From IMG/VR virus record IMGVR_UViG_2831345111_000005: a stretch of DNA of 64,000 nucleotides, one strand, 5' to 3'. Positions 1 through 8,358 of this stretch are shown one piece after another. A program made the position numbers and the translations under genes. The notes under the pieces are model-generated. The model saw only the letters and a list, made by a program, of their open reading frames with translations. It was not told the origin of the DNA and did no database searches. How positions within the stretch are numbered: position 1 is the stretch's first letter; the number at the start of each line of letters is the position of its first letter. This stretch comes from an uncultured virus (IMG/VR IMGVR_UViG_2831345111_000005). Its lineage: Duplodnaviria > Heunggongvirae > Uroviricota > Caudoviricetes.

Positions 1-1
1 C

Positions 2-1576
2 CTGGGTGACGTCGTTGACCGTGGGCCTCAATCCATTGAGACCTTGAAGTTCGTCCGCCAGGCTATAGCGGTTGGGCACTTGATGGTCGCAGGTAATCAT
101 GAGCGCAAATTGCTGCAGTTCTGGGATTCACTCCAGACTGGGGCACCTCGCGCAAATTCTCCATCTGCTGCTGAAACGGCCATGGAGTTCATGAAGCTGC
201 GTGAGGAAGAACAGCAGGCTTTGATTCAGTTTGTCCGAAACCTGCCTGGCTTCTACACTGTGACCGACGGGCCACTCCAGCTTGCGTTTGCGCATGCACC
301 GCAGACGGCTTTTCATCCTTTCACGATTCTGCATTCTGAATGCCTGTATGGCGGGAATGAGTTGCCGGATTATGGCGATGAGGACGCCGACGGGATGTAT
401 GCGGAGAGCTATCGCAGCGGCGAATCACGGCACATGCTTATCCATGGGCACATCCCGTTGACGAGTATGCATCATTGCGTGTTCTCACTGGACGCCCACC
501 AAGCGTTTGCCGGAAACATGCTGGCCTTGCGCCTGGATGGATTCTTGGCTGACTGTCGCGAAAAGATGGCTCAAGAGGCCTTCAATGACAATCTCGTTTC
601 CCAAAAGTGCGAGTTTGACTTCGACGTACACAGCGCCAAGTTTGAACTGAAGCGTTCGCTGGATAAGCTGAAGACCGCCAAGATGGTGACCGTGCAAACG
701 GAGCCGTCGGCCGGCCTATCGCTCTACAAGTATTCGAAGCGTGTGTTTTTCGATGCATTGTGGGGTGAGAGCCCTTATCTCCTGAAGGCTCGCGGTATCG
801 TGCTTGACCTGGCTGGAAACATTGTCGTGCATCCGTTCGACAAGGTGTTTAACTATGGTGAAAACGGTGCCGGTCTCGATATCGCAGACGACCATCCGGT
901 CTACGCGGTTGAGAAGATGAATGGCTTCCTAGGCTGCATCAGTCGCCATCCTTGGAAGAATGAACTGCTGGTGACGAGCTCCGGGTCATTCGACTCGCCG
1001 TTCGTTGACTACATCAAGTCGTTCATCACGCCGGCATTGAAGGGGCTGCTCCTCTCGTACTTCTCGCGCAACAACGTGACGCTCATGTTCGAGGTTCTGC
1101 ATCCGGAAGACCCGCACATCATCCAGTACCGGCCGCAAGACATGGGCCTTTGGTTGATTGGTGGGCGAGGTAAGGAGCAGGGCGCTGAGCCGATAACGGA
1201 AGATGAGTTGGACGAAATCGGGTTGATGTTGACCGTGAATCGTCCGGAGTGGTTCTACACGTCGTTCGGGCAGCTGAAGGAAAAGGTGGCCACCTCCCGA
1301 CTGGAAGGCTATATGGTTCGGGATGCGAAGTCACACAAGACGCTCTTGAAGTTCAAGACGCCTTATTACCTTGTGACCAAGTTCCTCGGCCGTATGAGCG
1401 ACACCAAGGTACGGCACATGTTCTGTCATCCTAAGGGATTCAAGAAGGACATCGATGAGGAGTTCTACCCGTTGGTCGACCACCTGGTCACCACAACCTC
1501 GGAGACTGACTTCTTGGCGCTGCCGGATACAGAACGTGTAGTCCTGGTGCGAGACGCAATTCAAGCACTGCGCTAA
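2..1576 (+). CDS. Metallophosphoesterase - T4 Rnl1-like RNA ligase fusion (Pnkp-like RNA repair enzyme), 5' truncated by window
   Basis: Frame is open from base 2: LGDVVDRG, GNHE and HGH calcineurin-like phosphoesterase motifs; C-terminal ARGIVLD, KVFNYGE, EKMNG (ligase motif I KxNG), FEV, EGYMV, KFK. Confidence 0.85.
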   Translation: MGDVVDRGPQSIETLKFVRQAIAVGHLMVAGNHERKLLQFWDSLQTGAPRANSPSAAETAMEFMKLREEEQQALIQFVRNLPGFYTVTDGPLQLAFAHAPQTAFHPFTILHSECLYGGNELPDYGDEDADGMYAESYRSGESRHMLIHGHIPLTSMHHCVFSLDAHQAFAGNMLALRLDGFLADCREKMAQEAFNDNLVSQKCEFDFDVHSAKFELKRSLDKLKTAKMVTVQTEPSAGLSLYKYSKRVFFDALWGESPYLLKARGIVLDLAGNIVVHPFDKVFNYGENGAGLDIADDHPVYAVEKMNGFLGCISRHPWKNELLVTSSGSFDSPFVDYIKSFITPALKGLLLSYFSRNNVTLMFEVLHPEDPHIIQYRPQDMGLWLIGGRGKEQGAEPITEDELDEIGLMLTVNRPEWFYTSFGQLKEKVATSRLEGYMVRDAKSHKTLLKFKTPYYLVTKFLGRMSDTKVRHMFCHPKGFKKDIDEEFYPLVDHLVTTTSETDFLALPDTERVVLVRDAIQALR

Positions 1577-1643
1577 GCAATAACGCTATACCCTCATGCC
1601 CCGCACATTTGTGTGGGGCGTTTTTCCATCCAAGGAGTACATC

Positions 1644-2316
1644 ATGAAATTAACGCTGGAGATTCGCGCCGCCGAGGGCGGTGAAGATGCCAAGCTCCTG
1701 GTTCATGACCAGGCAGCCATTTATCAACGCTATGCCGCACGTAACGGCATCAAGGCGTCTGTGGAGACACGGGGCCACCTTTGACCTGGTAACTCTCGAG
1801 GGACCAGCAGAAATTCTTGCCATCCTGCGCAATGAGGCCGGCGGCCATCGCTGGCAACGCGTACCTCCGACCGAACGCAAGGGCAGGATGCAAACCAGTA
1901 CCGTCACCGTTGCCGTAATGGAGGGTGAAAAATACGCTCCTTTACAGCTGAATGTGAACGATATCCAGGAGAGAGTAACAAAGGGGACTGGTCCAGGCGG
2001 GCAGAATCGAAACAAGCGATTAACCGCCATAATCCTCAAAGACCGCCTAACCGGTATCGAAGTAAAGGCTGAGGCCGAGCGCACACTTGAAGCAAACCGT
2101 CGAGTGGCCATGGCCACCTTGCGCGAGCGAGTCTTGGCTTATTACGCAGAGCGGGCGGCACAGGCCGAGAACAGTTTCCGCAAATCACAAGTTGGGACGG
2201 GCGCTCGGGGTGACAAGATACGCACTTATCGTGCGGACGGGGTGACTGACCATCGCACAGGAAAAAGAGCGGCATTGAGTTCAGTTGAAGCCGGCAAGCT
2301 TGACCTGTTGCTGTAA
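1644..2316 (+). CDS. Class I release factor homologue (RF1-type PxT motif, GGQ, lacks domain 1), made by predicted +1 frameshift at 1779-1785; about 223 aa
   Basis: AAGGAG RBS, ATG 1644. Frame 0: LEIRAAEGGEDA...RGHL-stop. +1 frame: DLVTLEG...EAGGHRWQRVPPTERKGRMQTSTVTVAV...GPGGQNRNK...GDKIRTY...VTDHR. The joined product is colinear with RF1 domains 2-4. Confidence 0.88.
1770..1785 (+). promoter_or_regulatory. prfB-type programmed +1 ribosomal frameshift site
   Basis: CGG GGC CAC CTT TGA C versus E. coli prfB AGG GGG TAT CTT TGA C; SD-like G-run at the same spacing. Confidence 0.85.
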
Positions 2317-2318
2317 AG

Positions 2319-2343
2319 AAAAAGCCCGCAATCGCGGGCTTTT
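2319..2343. terminator. Bidirectional intrinsic terminator
   Basis: AAAAA-GCCCGC-aatc-GCGGGC-TTTT between convergent genes. Confidence 0.75.
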
Positions 2344-2350
2344 GAGTGTG

Positions 2351-2707
2351 CTACCAAACTTCCTTCTTGCGTAATGGTGTTCCCACTGGGGCATACCCAT
2401 AAAACGGGTCAAACTGGCCTTCTTTTGACTTGAACCGCAACCGCTTTCGCACCATGACAGGAATCGCCATTTCAGCAGGAATGACGGCGCGAATAGACCC
2501 TGCAGAATTAACAAACTCTCTCCCTGGCTGGCTTCCGTATTTGTCATAAGTCACATAGGTGATATGCCAATAGTCGCCAGGTTGTGAAGGTTGGATACAA
2601 CTTAGCACTTCAAAGAAAACGTCGCCACAATGTGACGTCGTCTGAATGAAGTCACCCGGTTTCAAGCCAGGAGGGTAGTAGCCGTTGGAACGACTTAGCT
2701 CTAACAT
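2351..2707 (-). CDS. Hypothetical protein
   Basis: 118 aa ORF with GGAGG RBS, downstream of 2716-3501. Confidence 0.6.
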   Translation of the reverse strand: MLELSRSNGYYPPGLKPGDFIQTTSHCGDVFFEVLSCIQPSQPGDYWHITYVTYDKYGSQPGREFVNSAGSIRAVIPAEMAIPVMVRKRLRFKSKEGQFDPFYGYAPVGTPLRKKEVW

Positions 2708-2715
2708 GCTGCCTC

Positions 2716-3501
2716 CTAGGTGCCGTTGTGAATCAGAATGTAGCTGAGGTCGTTCTCGCGAGCATCTGCGAGGACCGGCACCAGCTTTTCCGGGATGTCC
2801 TTGTAAGTCCGGCTCATATTGAGCATGAACTCCCAGACACCCGCACCCTTGCCATTGTCACGGTGAGCATAGCTTGCGTTTTCCTGCACCCAGGCCCACT
2901 CAGGTGAAGCCTCCGGTTCAACGTCCTCACCGAGGATGTCGCTCATGGAGATGTCTCCAATCGTGGACTTGTTACCTGCGTTGAAGATGGGTTTTGTTTC
3001 AGGCGCTGCCAGTCCGGTCAATTCAAGTGCCTTGAGGGCCACTCGATTCCCGGTTGACGCCGCATTCCGCACAAAAGACAAGGCTGCCGCATCATCTGGA
3101 AAGCTATCTTCATCGTCATCACGCTGAAGGCTCAATACAACCTTGCCGTCGACGATAGTCTCGAACAAGTCCCAGCCATCGGCTTGCGCGGCCGCAGAAT
3201 CGGCAGTCGTCCAGCACAGTGTCTGCAGATACTCCAGCGCTTCCTCGATGGTTTCGTGATAGCGGCCTTCTCCAGACTCTGCGAGGTCAAACGGCACATC
3301 GCTGTGGTACTCAACCCCATCCCAACTCAACCCAAAGACCTGCCCATCCAGACGCTCAACGAGGGTGACCTCGCCTTCCCAGCCTAGCTCGTAGGCCAGG
3401 TAGTTATTGGTACCAGGCTCATAGGGATTCAGCTTGGGAATGCCGATGCCGCTTGCTTGTTTTGCGTTGTCGACGATGGTGTTCAATGCTGCGTTGCTCA
3501 T
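2716..3501 (-). CDS. Hypothetical acidic protein
   Basis: 261 aa ORF, AAGGAG RBS. Confidence 0.7.
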   Translation of the reverse strand: MSNAALNTIVDNAKQASGIGIPKLNPYEPGTNNYLAYELGWEGEVTLVERLDGQVFGLSWDGVEYHSDVPFDLAESGEGRYHETIEEALEYLQTLCWTTADSAAAQADGWDLFETIVDGKVVLSLQRDDDEDSFPDDAAALSFVRNAASTGNRVALKALELTGLAAPETKPIFNAGNKSTIGDISMSDILGEDVEPEASPEWAWVQENASYAHRDNGKGAGVWEFMLNMSRTYKDIPEKLVPVLADARENDLSYILIHNGT

Positions 3502-3602
3502 GATTTCTCCTTGGTTAATGTTTCCTAATTACTGCGTTGAAGTATAGGGAGCATCCTTCCTATACGAAGGAGTAGGAAAATCGACAATCAGGAGGAAAAA
3601 TC

Positions 3603-3785
3603 ATGCAAGCCGTAAGGACTACACTACCCCTTAAGGAGCAGTGCTGGAATCAAGTAAGAGCGGTCATTGAGACCGAAGGCCCAGGGACATCAGTGCAAAT
3701 CGAATATGAGCAGCTGGCTGCTTCTTATGGCGACGCCCCCAATGACCCGGTCTGGGAAGAATTTGCGCAAGCGCTTGCCCAGTAA
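3603..3785 (+). CDS. Small hypothetical protein
   Basis: 60 aa, strong AGGAGG RBS, followed by a hairpin terminator. Confidence 0.6.
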   Translation: MQAVRTTLPLKEQCWNQVRAVIETEGPGTSVQIEYEQLAASYGDAPNDPVWEEFAQALAQ

Positions 3786-3825
3786 CTCAAAACACCTCGG
3801 TTTTCCGGGGTGTTTGTTTATTTGG

Positions 3826-4518
3826 TTAAAAGAACCCGAGTTGCGTGGGCGCGCTTTCCAAGACCAGGCTGACCCCGCCGGCAACCTTGCGCATAATGGA
3901 TTCAGCGATTCTCGCTAGTCTTGGGTGTGAGCTGCAATGCTTCAATTCCTGCACCGCTATGCCGTAGCCAGAGAAGTCTTCCTGAGCGACGCCGTGATGC
4001 CCCATGGAAATGGATATCGTAGGGACGCCCGCATACCGGCTTCCAAGGCGCTCAATGCTCCGGCAGAAGTGCTCAGGGGTTGCAATCCCTTTCGCGAATA
4101 AGGCGCCTGTCTCGTGAGCCAAGGCGATGCGGACAAACACATCTGCCTGGTTCGCTTCGGCGAGACGCATGAATTTTACGATATCCGCTTCGTCACGGGC
4201 GATATTGGCACATTGGATTTCAACAGCCACCCTGGCGCCGGCGACTTCCTTATAGGCATCAGGAATATCGCCAGTCGCCAAAGGATGGCCGACTCGCCAG
4301 CCGTGCGCCTTGAGTTGGGCTGCGAAGAGGGCATTTAAAGCTGGGATGTTGCCAATGTGCTCAGGAAGCTTGGCATAGCCCGGCCACACTGGAAAGGGGA
4401 CTGAATCCACGATGGCGGATAGCTGCTGGAGAATTTCTGCCCGAGGATGCTTGGGGTCCAGCCCGAAGTCCCGAACTTCCAAAATTTGCATTGGATGGCC
4501 GCATGATTTAGAGGTCAT
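3826..4518 (-). CDS. BglII/BstYI-like PD-(D/E)xK-fold restriction endonuclease-like protein
   Basis: PD...VAVEIQ (E-x-Q variant typical of the BglII family), plus LNALF...GW. Confidence 0.5.
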   Translation of the reverse strand: MTSKSCGHPMQILEVRDFGLDPKHPRAEILQQLSAIVDSVPFPVWPGYAKLPEHIGNIPALNALFAAQLKAHGWRVGHPLATGDIPDAYKEVAGARVAVEIQCANIARDEADIVKFMRLAEANQADVFVRIALAHETGALFAKGIATPEHFCRSIERLGSRYAGVPTISISMGHHGVAQEDFSGYGIAVQELKHCSSHPRLARIAESIMRKVAGGVSLVLESAPTQLGFF

Positions 4519-4565
4519 CGTATAGCGTTAATTGATATTTTTTGTAACGAACTTGAAAGAAACAC

Positions 4566-5060
4566 ATGAATCACGACTTTATCGAGGCGCTTCTGCGGGA
4601 GACCCTCACTTTTGCCGACCAGCTGAAGGCTGCCTTGGCCGCTAACCAACCAATCCAGAAGCTCGAGCACACCTCATCCAGCACACACAAGCAGGTCCTT
4701 GTTCTACGCAAGGACCTGAAGATGCGACTTGGTAAATCAGTCGCCCAAGGTGCGCACGCCTCAATAGGCGCGCTGCTCGAGCGAGGGATACGCCTACCGT
4801 CAGCCATCATCATTCCGCTTGATGCCGACATCCGCCCCTGGCTGGACGGACGCTTCAAGAAAATCTGTGTCTCCACCCCGGACGAAGCCTCATTGCTTGA
4901 GCTCTATGCCCAGGCGCAAGCCGCAGGTCTGCCTGCTGCGCTTATTACCGATTCCGGGTTAACCGAATTCCATGGTGTGCCGACGCGCACCGCTTTATCA
5001 ATTGGCCCCGGCGATGCCGAGGCTGTCGACCGCATTACAGGGGGCTTACCGCTCCTCTAA
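4566..5060 (+). CDS. pth2: Peptidyl-tRNA hydrolase type 2
   Basis: KQVLVLRKDLKMRLGKSVAQGAHAS, KKIC, ITDSGLTEF, T.L.IGP...VD.ITG.LPLL. Confidence 0.92.
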   Translation: MNHDFIEALLRETLTFADQLKAALAANQPIQKLEHTSSSTHKQVLVLRKDLKMRLGKSVAQGAHASIGALLERGIRLPSAIIIPLDADIRPWLDGRFKKICVSTPDEASLLELYAQAQAAGLPAALITDSGLTEFHGVPTRTALSIGPGDAEAVDRITGGLPLL

Positions 5061-5116
5061 GTCGATGGCGTCCGGCGGGAAGGGGCTTGCTCCATCTCGC
5101 ACTGAAAGGACGCCTC

Positions 5117-5671
5117 ATGACTGCCATCCTCACGCTCGACCAAGCCGGCCAGCCTAACCGCTGGAGCACGCTTGAAGACGCGCTTTACTACCATCTCAAG
5201 GGACTTATCGCCTGGAGCCAGGGCGAGGACGAATATCACCTTCACGGTGGATACTCCAAGTCTGGACAACGCACCGTTGTTGCGCTCCCCTCCATCATCG
5301 CCGTTCGCAATATCGGCTTTGCCGGCCGGGTACCGCTCACGAATCAGAACCTGTTCTCTCGTGACGACAACATCTGCTGCTACTGTGGCCTGCGCTTCCC
5401 GCGAGGACAGCTCACGCGCGAGCACGTTATCCCGGTAGCACGCGGAGGCCCCAACACCTGGACCAACTGCGCAACCTGCTGCAAGCCGTGCAATAACGCC
5501 AAGGGCTGCATGCTGCCTGAAGAGGCTGGAGTGAAACTGCTGTACGTGCCGTATGCGCCAAATACAGCCGAATCTCTCATCCTGGCCGGCCGCAACATCA
5601 AGGCGGACCAGATGGAGTTCCTACGGGCCTGTCTGCCTCCTGATTCCAGGCTGCTTGGCAGGCTTAATTGA
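5117..5671 (+). CDS. HNH endonuclease
   Basis: LFSRD..ICCYCG...TREHVIP...GG..TWTNCATCCKPCNNAKG. Confidence 0.88.
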   Translation: MTAILTLDQAGQPNRWSTLEDALYYHLKGLIAWSQGEDEYHLHGGYSKSGQRTVVALPSIIAVRNIGFAGRVPLTNQNLFSRDDNICCYCGLRFPRGQLTREHVIPVARGGPNTWTNCATCCKPCNNAKGCMLPEEAGVKLLYVPYAPNTAESLILAGRNIKADQMEFLRACLPPDSRLLGRLN

Positions 5672-5709
5672 TAGAAAAACCCCGTCGAGAAATCGGCGGG
5701 GTTTGAGTG

Positions 5710-6330
5710 TTACAGCGTGTCTAAAATCTCGTCAAACTGCTTGTCGTAATCGCTAACAGCCGGCGAAATCAATGAAGCCAGTCCAATTAAGGCAATTGGC
5801 GTGCTGTCGAATAATGCATACTCATTTTTGAGCAACGCATAGAACTGCTGCAGATGCCCCTCGATTTCACTGGTGGATGACTCATAGAACATCTCGGCCA
5901 GTAAGGCGGAATCAGACTGCTCGAGGCGATTTCCCTGCATAGCCAGCATGCCGTTTATGCGACGGAGCGAAAACGCGAGGGTAGCTAGAAACTCCTGACG
6001 GTCACGAACGCTATCAGGCACCTCCGCTTCAATCAGCACATCAACCGAGCCTTTTTCTAGGCTCACCTCACCAAGCTTGAATTCAAGCGTCCCCTCGCTA
6101 GCTGATGTAGCCAGCTTGAGACTCGCGAGAATTCGGTCGACGACGTAAGCAAAGGCAAGGGGTTTATCCTTGATGCCTGACTGCTCAGGCGAACCGGCCA
6201 AAACAATTTTCCCCAGACCTTCAGTAAAAATCCCATCCAGATAACGGCGGATGCTACGCCCGCAATTCCCTGTCGCATGAGACAGCTCTTCAGCACGTTC
6301 AATCAGATTTTCCAAATTTGCATTCAGCAT
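5710..6330 (-). CDS. Hypothetical protein
   Basis: ORF with AAGGA RBS before ATG 6330. Confidence 0.65.
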   Translation of the reverse strand: MLNANLENLIERAEELSHATGNCGRSIRRYLDGIFTEGLGKIVLAGSPEQSGIKDKPLAFAYVVDRILASLKLATSASEGTLEFKLGEVSLEKGSVDVLIEAEVPDSVRDRQEFLATLAFSLRRINGMLAMQGNRLEQSDSALLAEMFYESSTSEIEGHLQQFYALLKNEYALFDSTPIALIGLASLISPAVSDYDKQFDEILDTL

Positions 6331-6452
6331 AATAGTTTCCTTAAAAATTAATAAAGACCACGATATGTATAGCTGCATTCCAGCCCGCTTCCCTTGACCC
6401 AACATGATATTTATGGTAGATTTACTATATCTCGGTTCAAAGGGGTAACCCC

Positions 6453-6707
6453 ATGTCTAACGTTAAACTTTCCCTGCAGTTCGCCCAAAAGCTGGAAACG
6501 GCTCACCTTGAACTGCTGAAAGCAGATACGCAGGATATTTACTGGGGAAGCCCGGCTGAAATTGAGGCTGGCAATATGGTTCACCAGCTTTGTATCGATA
6601 GCGGAATCGATATGGCGCAGGGTGAAGCCTATTGTATGAAGGCAACGCCTGAAGAAATCTGCGAATACAACCTGAAGCGTATTGCCGAGGCTTTGTCGGC
6701 CTTATAG
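6453..6707 (+). CDS. Hypothetical protein
   Basis: 84 aa, AAGGGG RBS. Confidence 0.6.
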   Translation: MSNVKLSLQFAQKLETAHLELLKADTQDIYWGSPAEIEAGNMVHQLCIDSGIDMAQGEAYCMKATPEEICEYNLKRIAEALSAL

Positions 6708-6806
6708 CCTCTTTTTTGTAGGGATTTCCCTATACTCACAATCTTCTTTATCGCCTGGCCTCCCCGGCCTGTTGAAATGTTCCGTGGGATTTAAGGTTCT
6801 CATCAA

Positions 6807-7733
6807 ATGAAACTACGTTTTGTCCTTCGCAAGGCGGCCACTATTGTGGCCTTGGCCCTTATTCCCTTTGCTGTCGGGGATGCAGCCACCTATCATCAGA
6901 TTCAATCGGTTGCCACAGCGAACTCGACCTGGCACAAATTCACCGTGGCCAGCGGGACTGCCGGGACCTGGCGGGCCCTCAGTTCTGGTGCTACAGCCTG
7001 TTTCTCGCGTAAGGTAGGCTTTACCGCAAATACGTCGTGGACTATTCCGGCCGACAACTGCGGAACAATCCGAATTAAGGCTTGGGGAGCAGGCGGTGCA
7101 GACTACAGTGCGGGTAATGTCTCTAAGTCTGGAGGTGGTGGTTTCGCCCAAGCAGACTATGGTGTAACGCCTGGGTCTACTGTCCTGGTTGCGGTTGGTG
7201 GCGGCGGGGGTGTTAACGTCGCCGGCACAAATGGCGGCGGCGGAGGTGTTGCAACCTTTTATGGCGGCGGTGGCTACTCGGGCGTTTTCCTTAACAATTC
7301 TGCTACACAGGCTAATGCCATTGTTATTGCAGGAGGAGGTGGTGCCTGCGCAACCTTATCCATATGTAATGCGGGCGCGGGGGGTGGTTCGTCTGGGCAA
7401 AATGGAAGCACCGCCGGAGGAGGCACCCAAACTGCCGGTGGAACAAACTATAACAGCGGTACAACTGGAAGTGCGCTGAAGGGCGGGGCAACGATTGCGT
7501 CAAATAATTCAGGCGGAGGCGGCGGATGGTTTGGAGGAGGTGCCACCGGTGCGTCGGGTGGAGGCTCTGGGCACGTGATATCTGGTGCAACGAATACCAT
7601 CCTGACGACGGGCAATGTTAATGTTGTCGCTAATGCCGCAGATGTCGACTACGTGGCGGGGAAAGGGAATGGCGCGAATATTTCCTCAGGAACGGCCTCA
7701 GGACAACCCGGCTATGTTGTCATCTATTATTAA
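6807..7733 (+). CDS. Secreted glycine-rich protein (adhesin/fibre-like)
   Basis: Signal-peptide-like N-terminus; WTIP...IKAWGAGG, GGGG repeats, C-terminal G.PGYVVIYY. Confidence 0.7.
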   Translation: MKLRFVLRKAATIVALALIPFAVGDAATYHQIQSVATANSTWHKFTVASGTAGTWRALSSGATACFSRKVGFTANTSWTIPADNCGTIRIKAWGAGGADYSAGNVSKSGGGGFAQADYGVTPGSTVLVAVGGGGGVNVAGTNGGGGGVATFYGGGGYSGVFLNNSATQANAIVIAGGGGACATLSICNAGAGGGSSGQNGSTAGGGTQTAGGTNYNSGTTGSALKGGATIASNNSGGGGGWFGGGATGASGGGSGHVISGATNTILTTGNVNVVANAADVDYVAGKGNGANISSGTASGQPGYVVIYY

Positions 7734-7734
7734 C

Positions 7735-7763
7735 TTGACATTAATAGGCAATTGAAGTATACT
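7735..7763 (+). promoter_or_regulatory. Near-consensus sigma70 promoter for the RNA operon
   Basis: TTGACA-17 bp-TATACT. Confidence 0.85.
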
Positions 7764-7764
7764 G

Positions 7765-7895
7765 TTTGAACAGTGGCGGCGTGGATGGACACGCAAAACG
7801 GCTAGACGCAGCGCATGCGCCCACAAGGAATTTCCATTGCGCTCGGGGTCTCCGTGCCCTGCACAGCTGGTGTCGAGCCCAGCCCTCTGTTCAAA
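7765..7895 (+). ncRNA. tRNA-like RNA with expanded anticodon arm
   Basis: Terminal stem TTTGAACAG/CTGTTCAAA; D-like arm GCGT-GGATGGAC-ACGC; T-like arm GCTGG-TGTCGAGC-CCAGC; long internal stem ACGG/CCGT, AGAC/GTCT, AGCGCA/TGCGCT. Confidence 0.6.
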
Positions 7896-7898
7896 TAT

Positions 7899-7974
7899 GG
7901 CCCCATAGCCAAGTGGTTAAGGCAGGGAACTTTAAATTCTCCATTCGAGGGTTCGAACCCCTCTGGGGCCACCA
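7899..7974 (+). tRNA. tRNA with anticodon TTA (ochre suppressor, tRNA-Sup), Gln-like D arm and variable loop
   Basis: 76 nt cloverleaf: acceptor GGCCCCA/TGGGGCC + A-CCA; D GCC-AAGTGGTTAA-GGC; anticodon stem GGGAA/TTCTC with loop CT-TTA-AA (7932-7934); T arm GAGGG-TTCGAAC-CCCTC. Confidence 0.92.
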
Positions 7975-7982
7975 GACAAACT

Positions 7983-8013
7983 AAAGCCCACCAATACTTC
8001 TGGTGGGCTTTTT
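7983..8013 (+). terminator. Intrinsic terminator of the RNA operon
   Basis: AAAGCCCACCA/TGGTGGGCTTT hairpin plus T run. Confidence 0.8.
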
Positions 8014-8035
8014 GAGTTTTATCGGCTGAATGAAG

Positions 8036-8164
8036 TTACTTCAGCAGCACCGCAAGCATGGCCGCAGCGAATAGAATTGTGCCAATGATTGCGCTGCCAT
8101 AGGACAAAGTCACGCGGGTATGTTCAGCAGTGTCGAAGTGTTCTTTAATCCAGGCCGCCATCAT
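8036..8164 (-). CDS. Small membrane protein (42 aa; not in ORF track)
   Basis: AGGAG RBS; MMAAWIKEHFDTAEHTRVTLSYGSAIIGTILFAAAMLAVLLK. Confidence 0.5.
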   Translation of the reverse strand: MMAAWIKEHFDTAEHTRVTLSYGSAIIGTILFAAAMLAVLLK

Positions 8165-8303
8165 AAATCTCCTAAATCAACATTCCTCAAAGTGTACCAC
8201 TCTGTATAGTGTACCAGCGGTGTCAGTAAAATTGAGCATACATATACATTTTCTTGCCTGGCGGCATGGGTAATGTCATCGCTAGAATCAACTTAACATT
8301 CAC

Positions 8304-8332
8304 TTGACAAGTATCAGATAATCAGATATGCT
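8304..8332 (+). promoter_or_regulatory. sigma70-type promoter
   Basis: TTGACA-17 bp-TATGCT upstream of the tRNA-like RNA. Confidence 0.65.
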
Positions 8333-8358
8333 ATATTCATATTGTTAATATTTAAGTT

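Noticed and set aside
1644..2316. Release factor as a pseudogene or as prfH/prfB
   Set aside because: The break coincides with a canonical CTT-TGA-C shift cassette and both halves are intact; the PxT motif argues against RF2 (SPF), and no RtcB is adjacent as for PrfH
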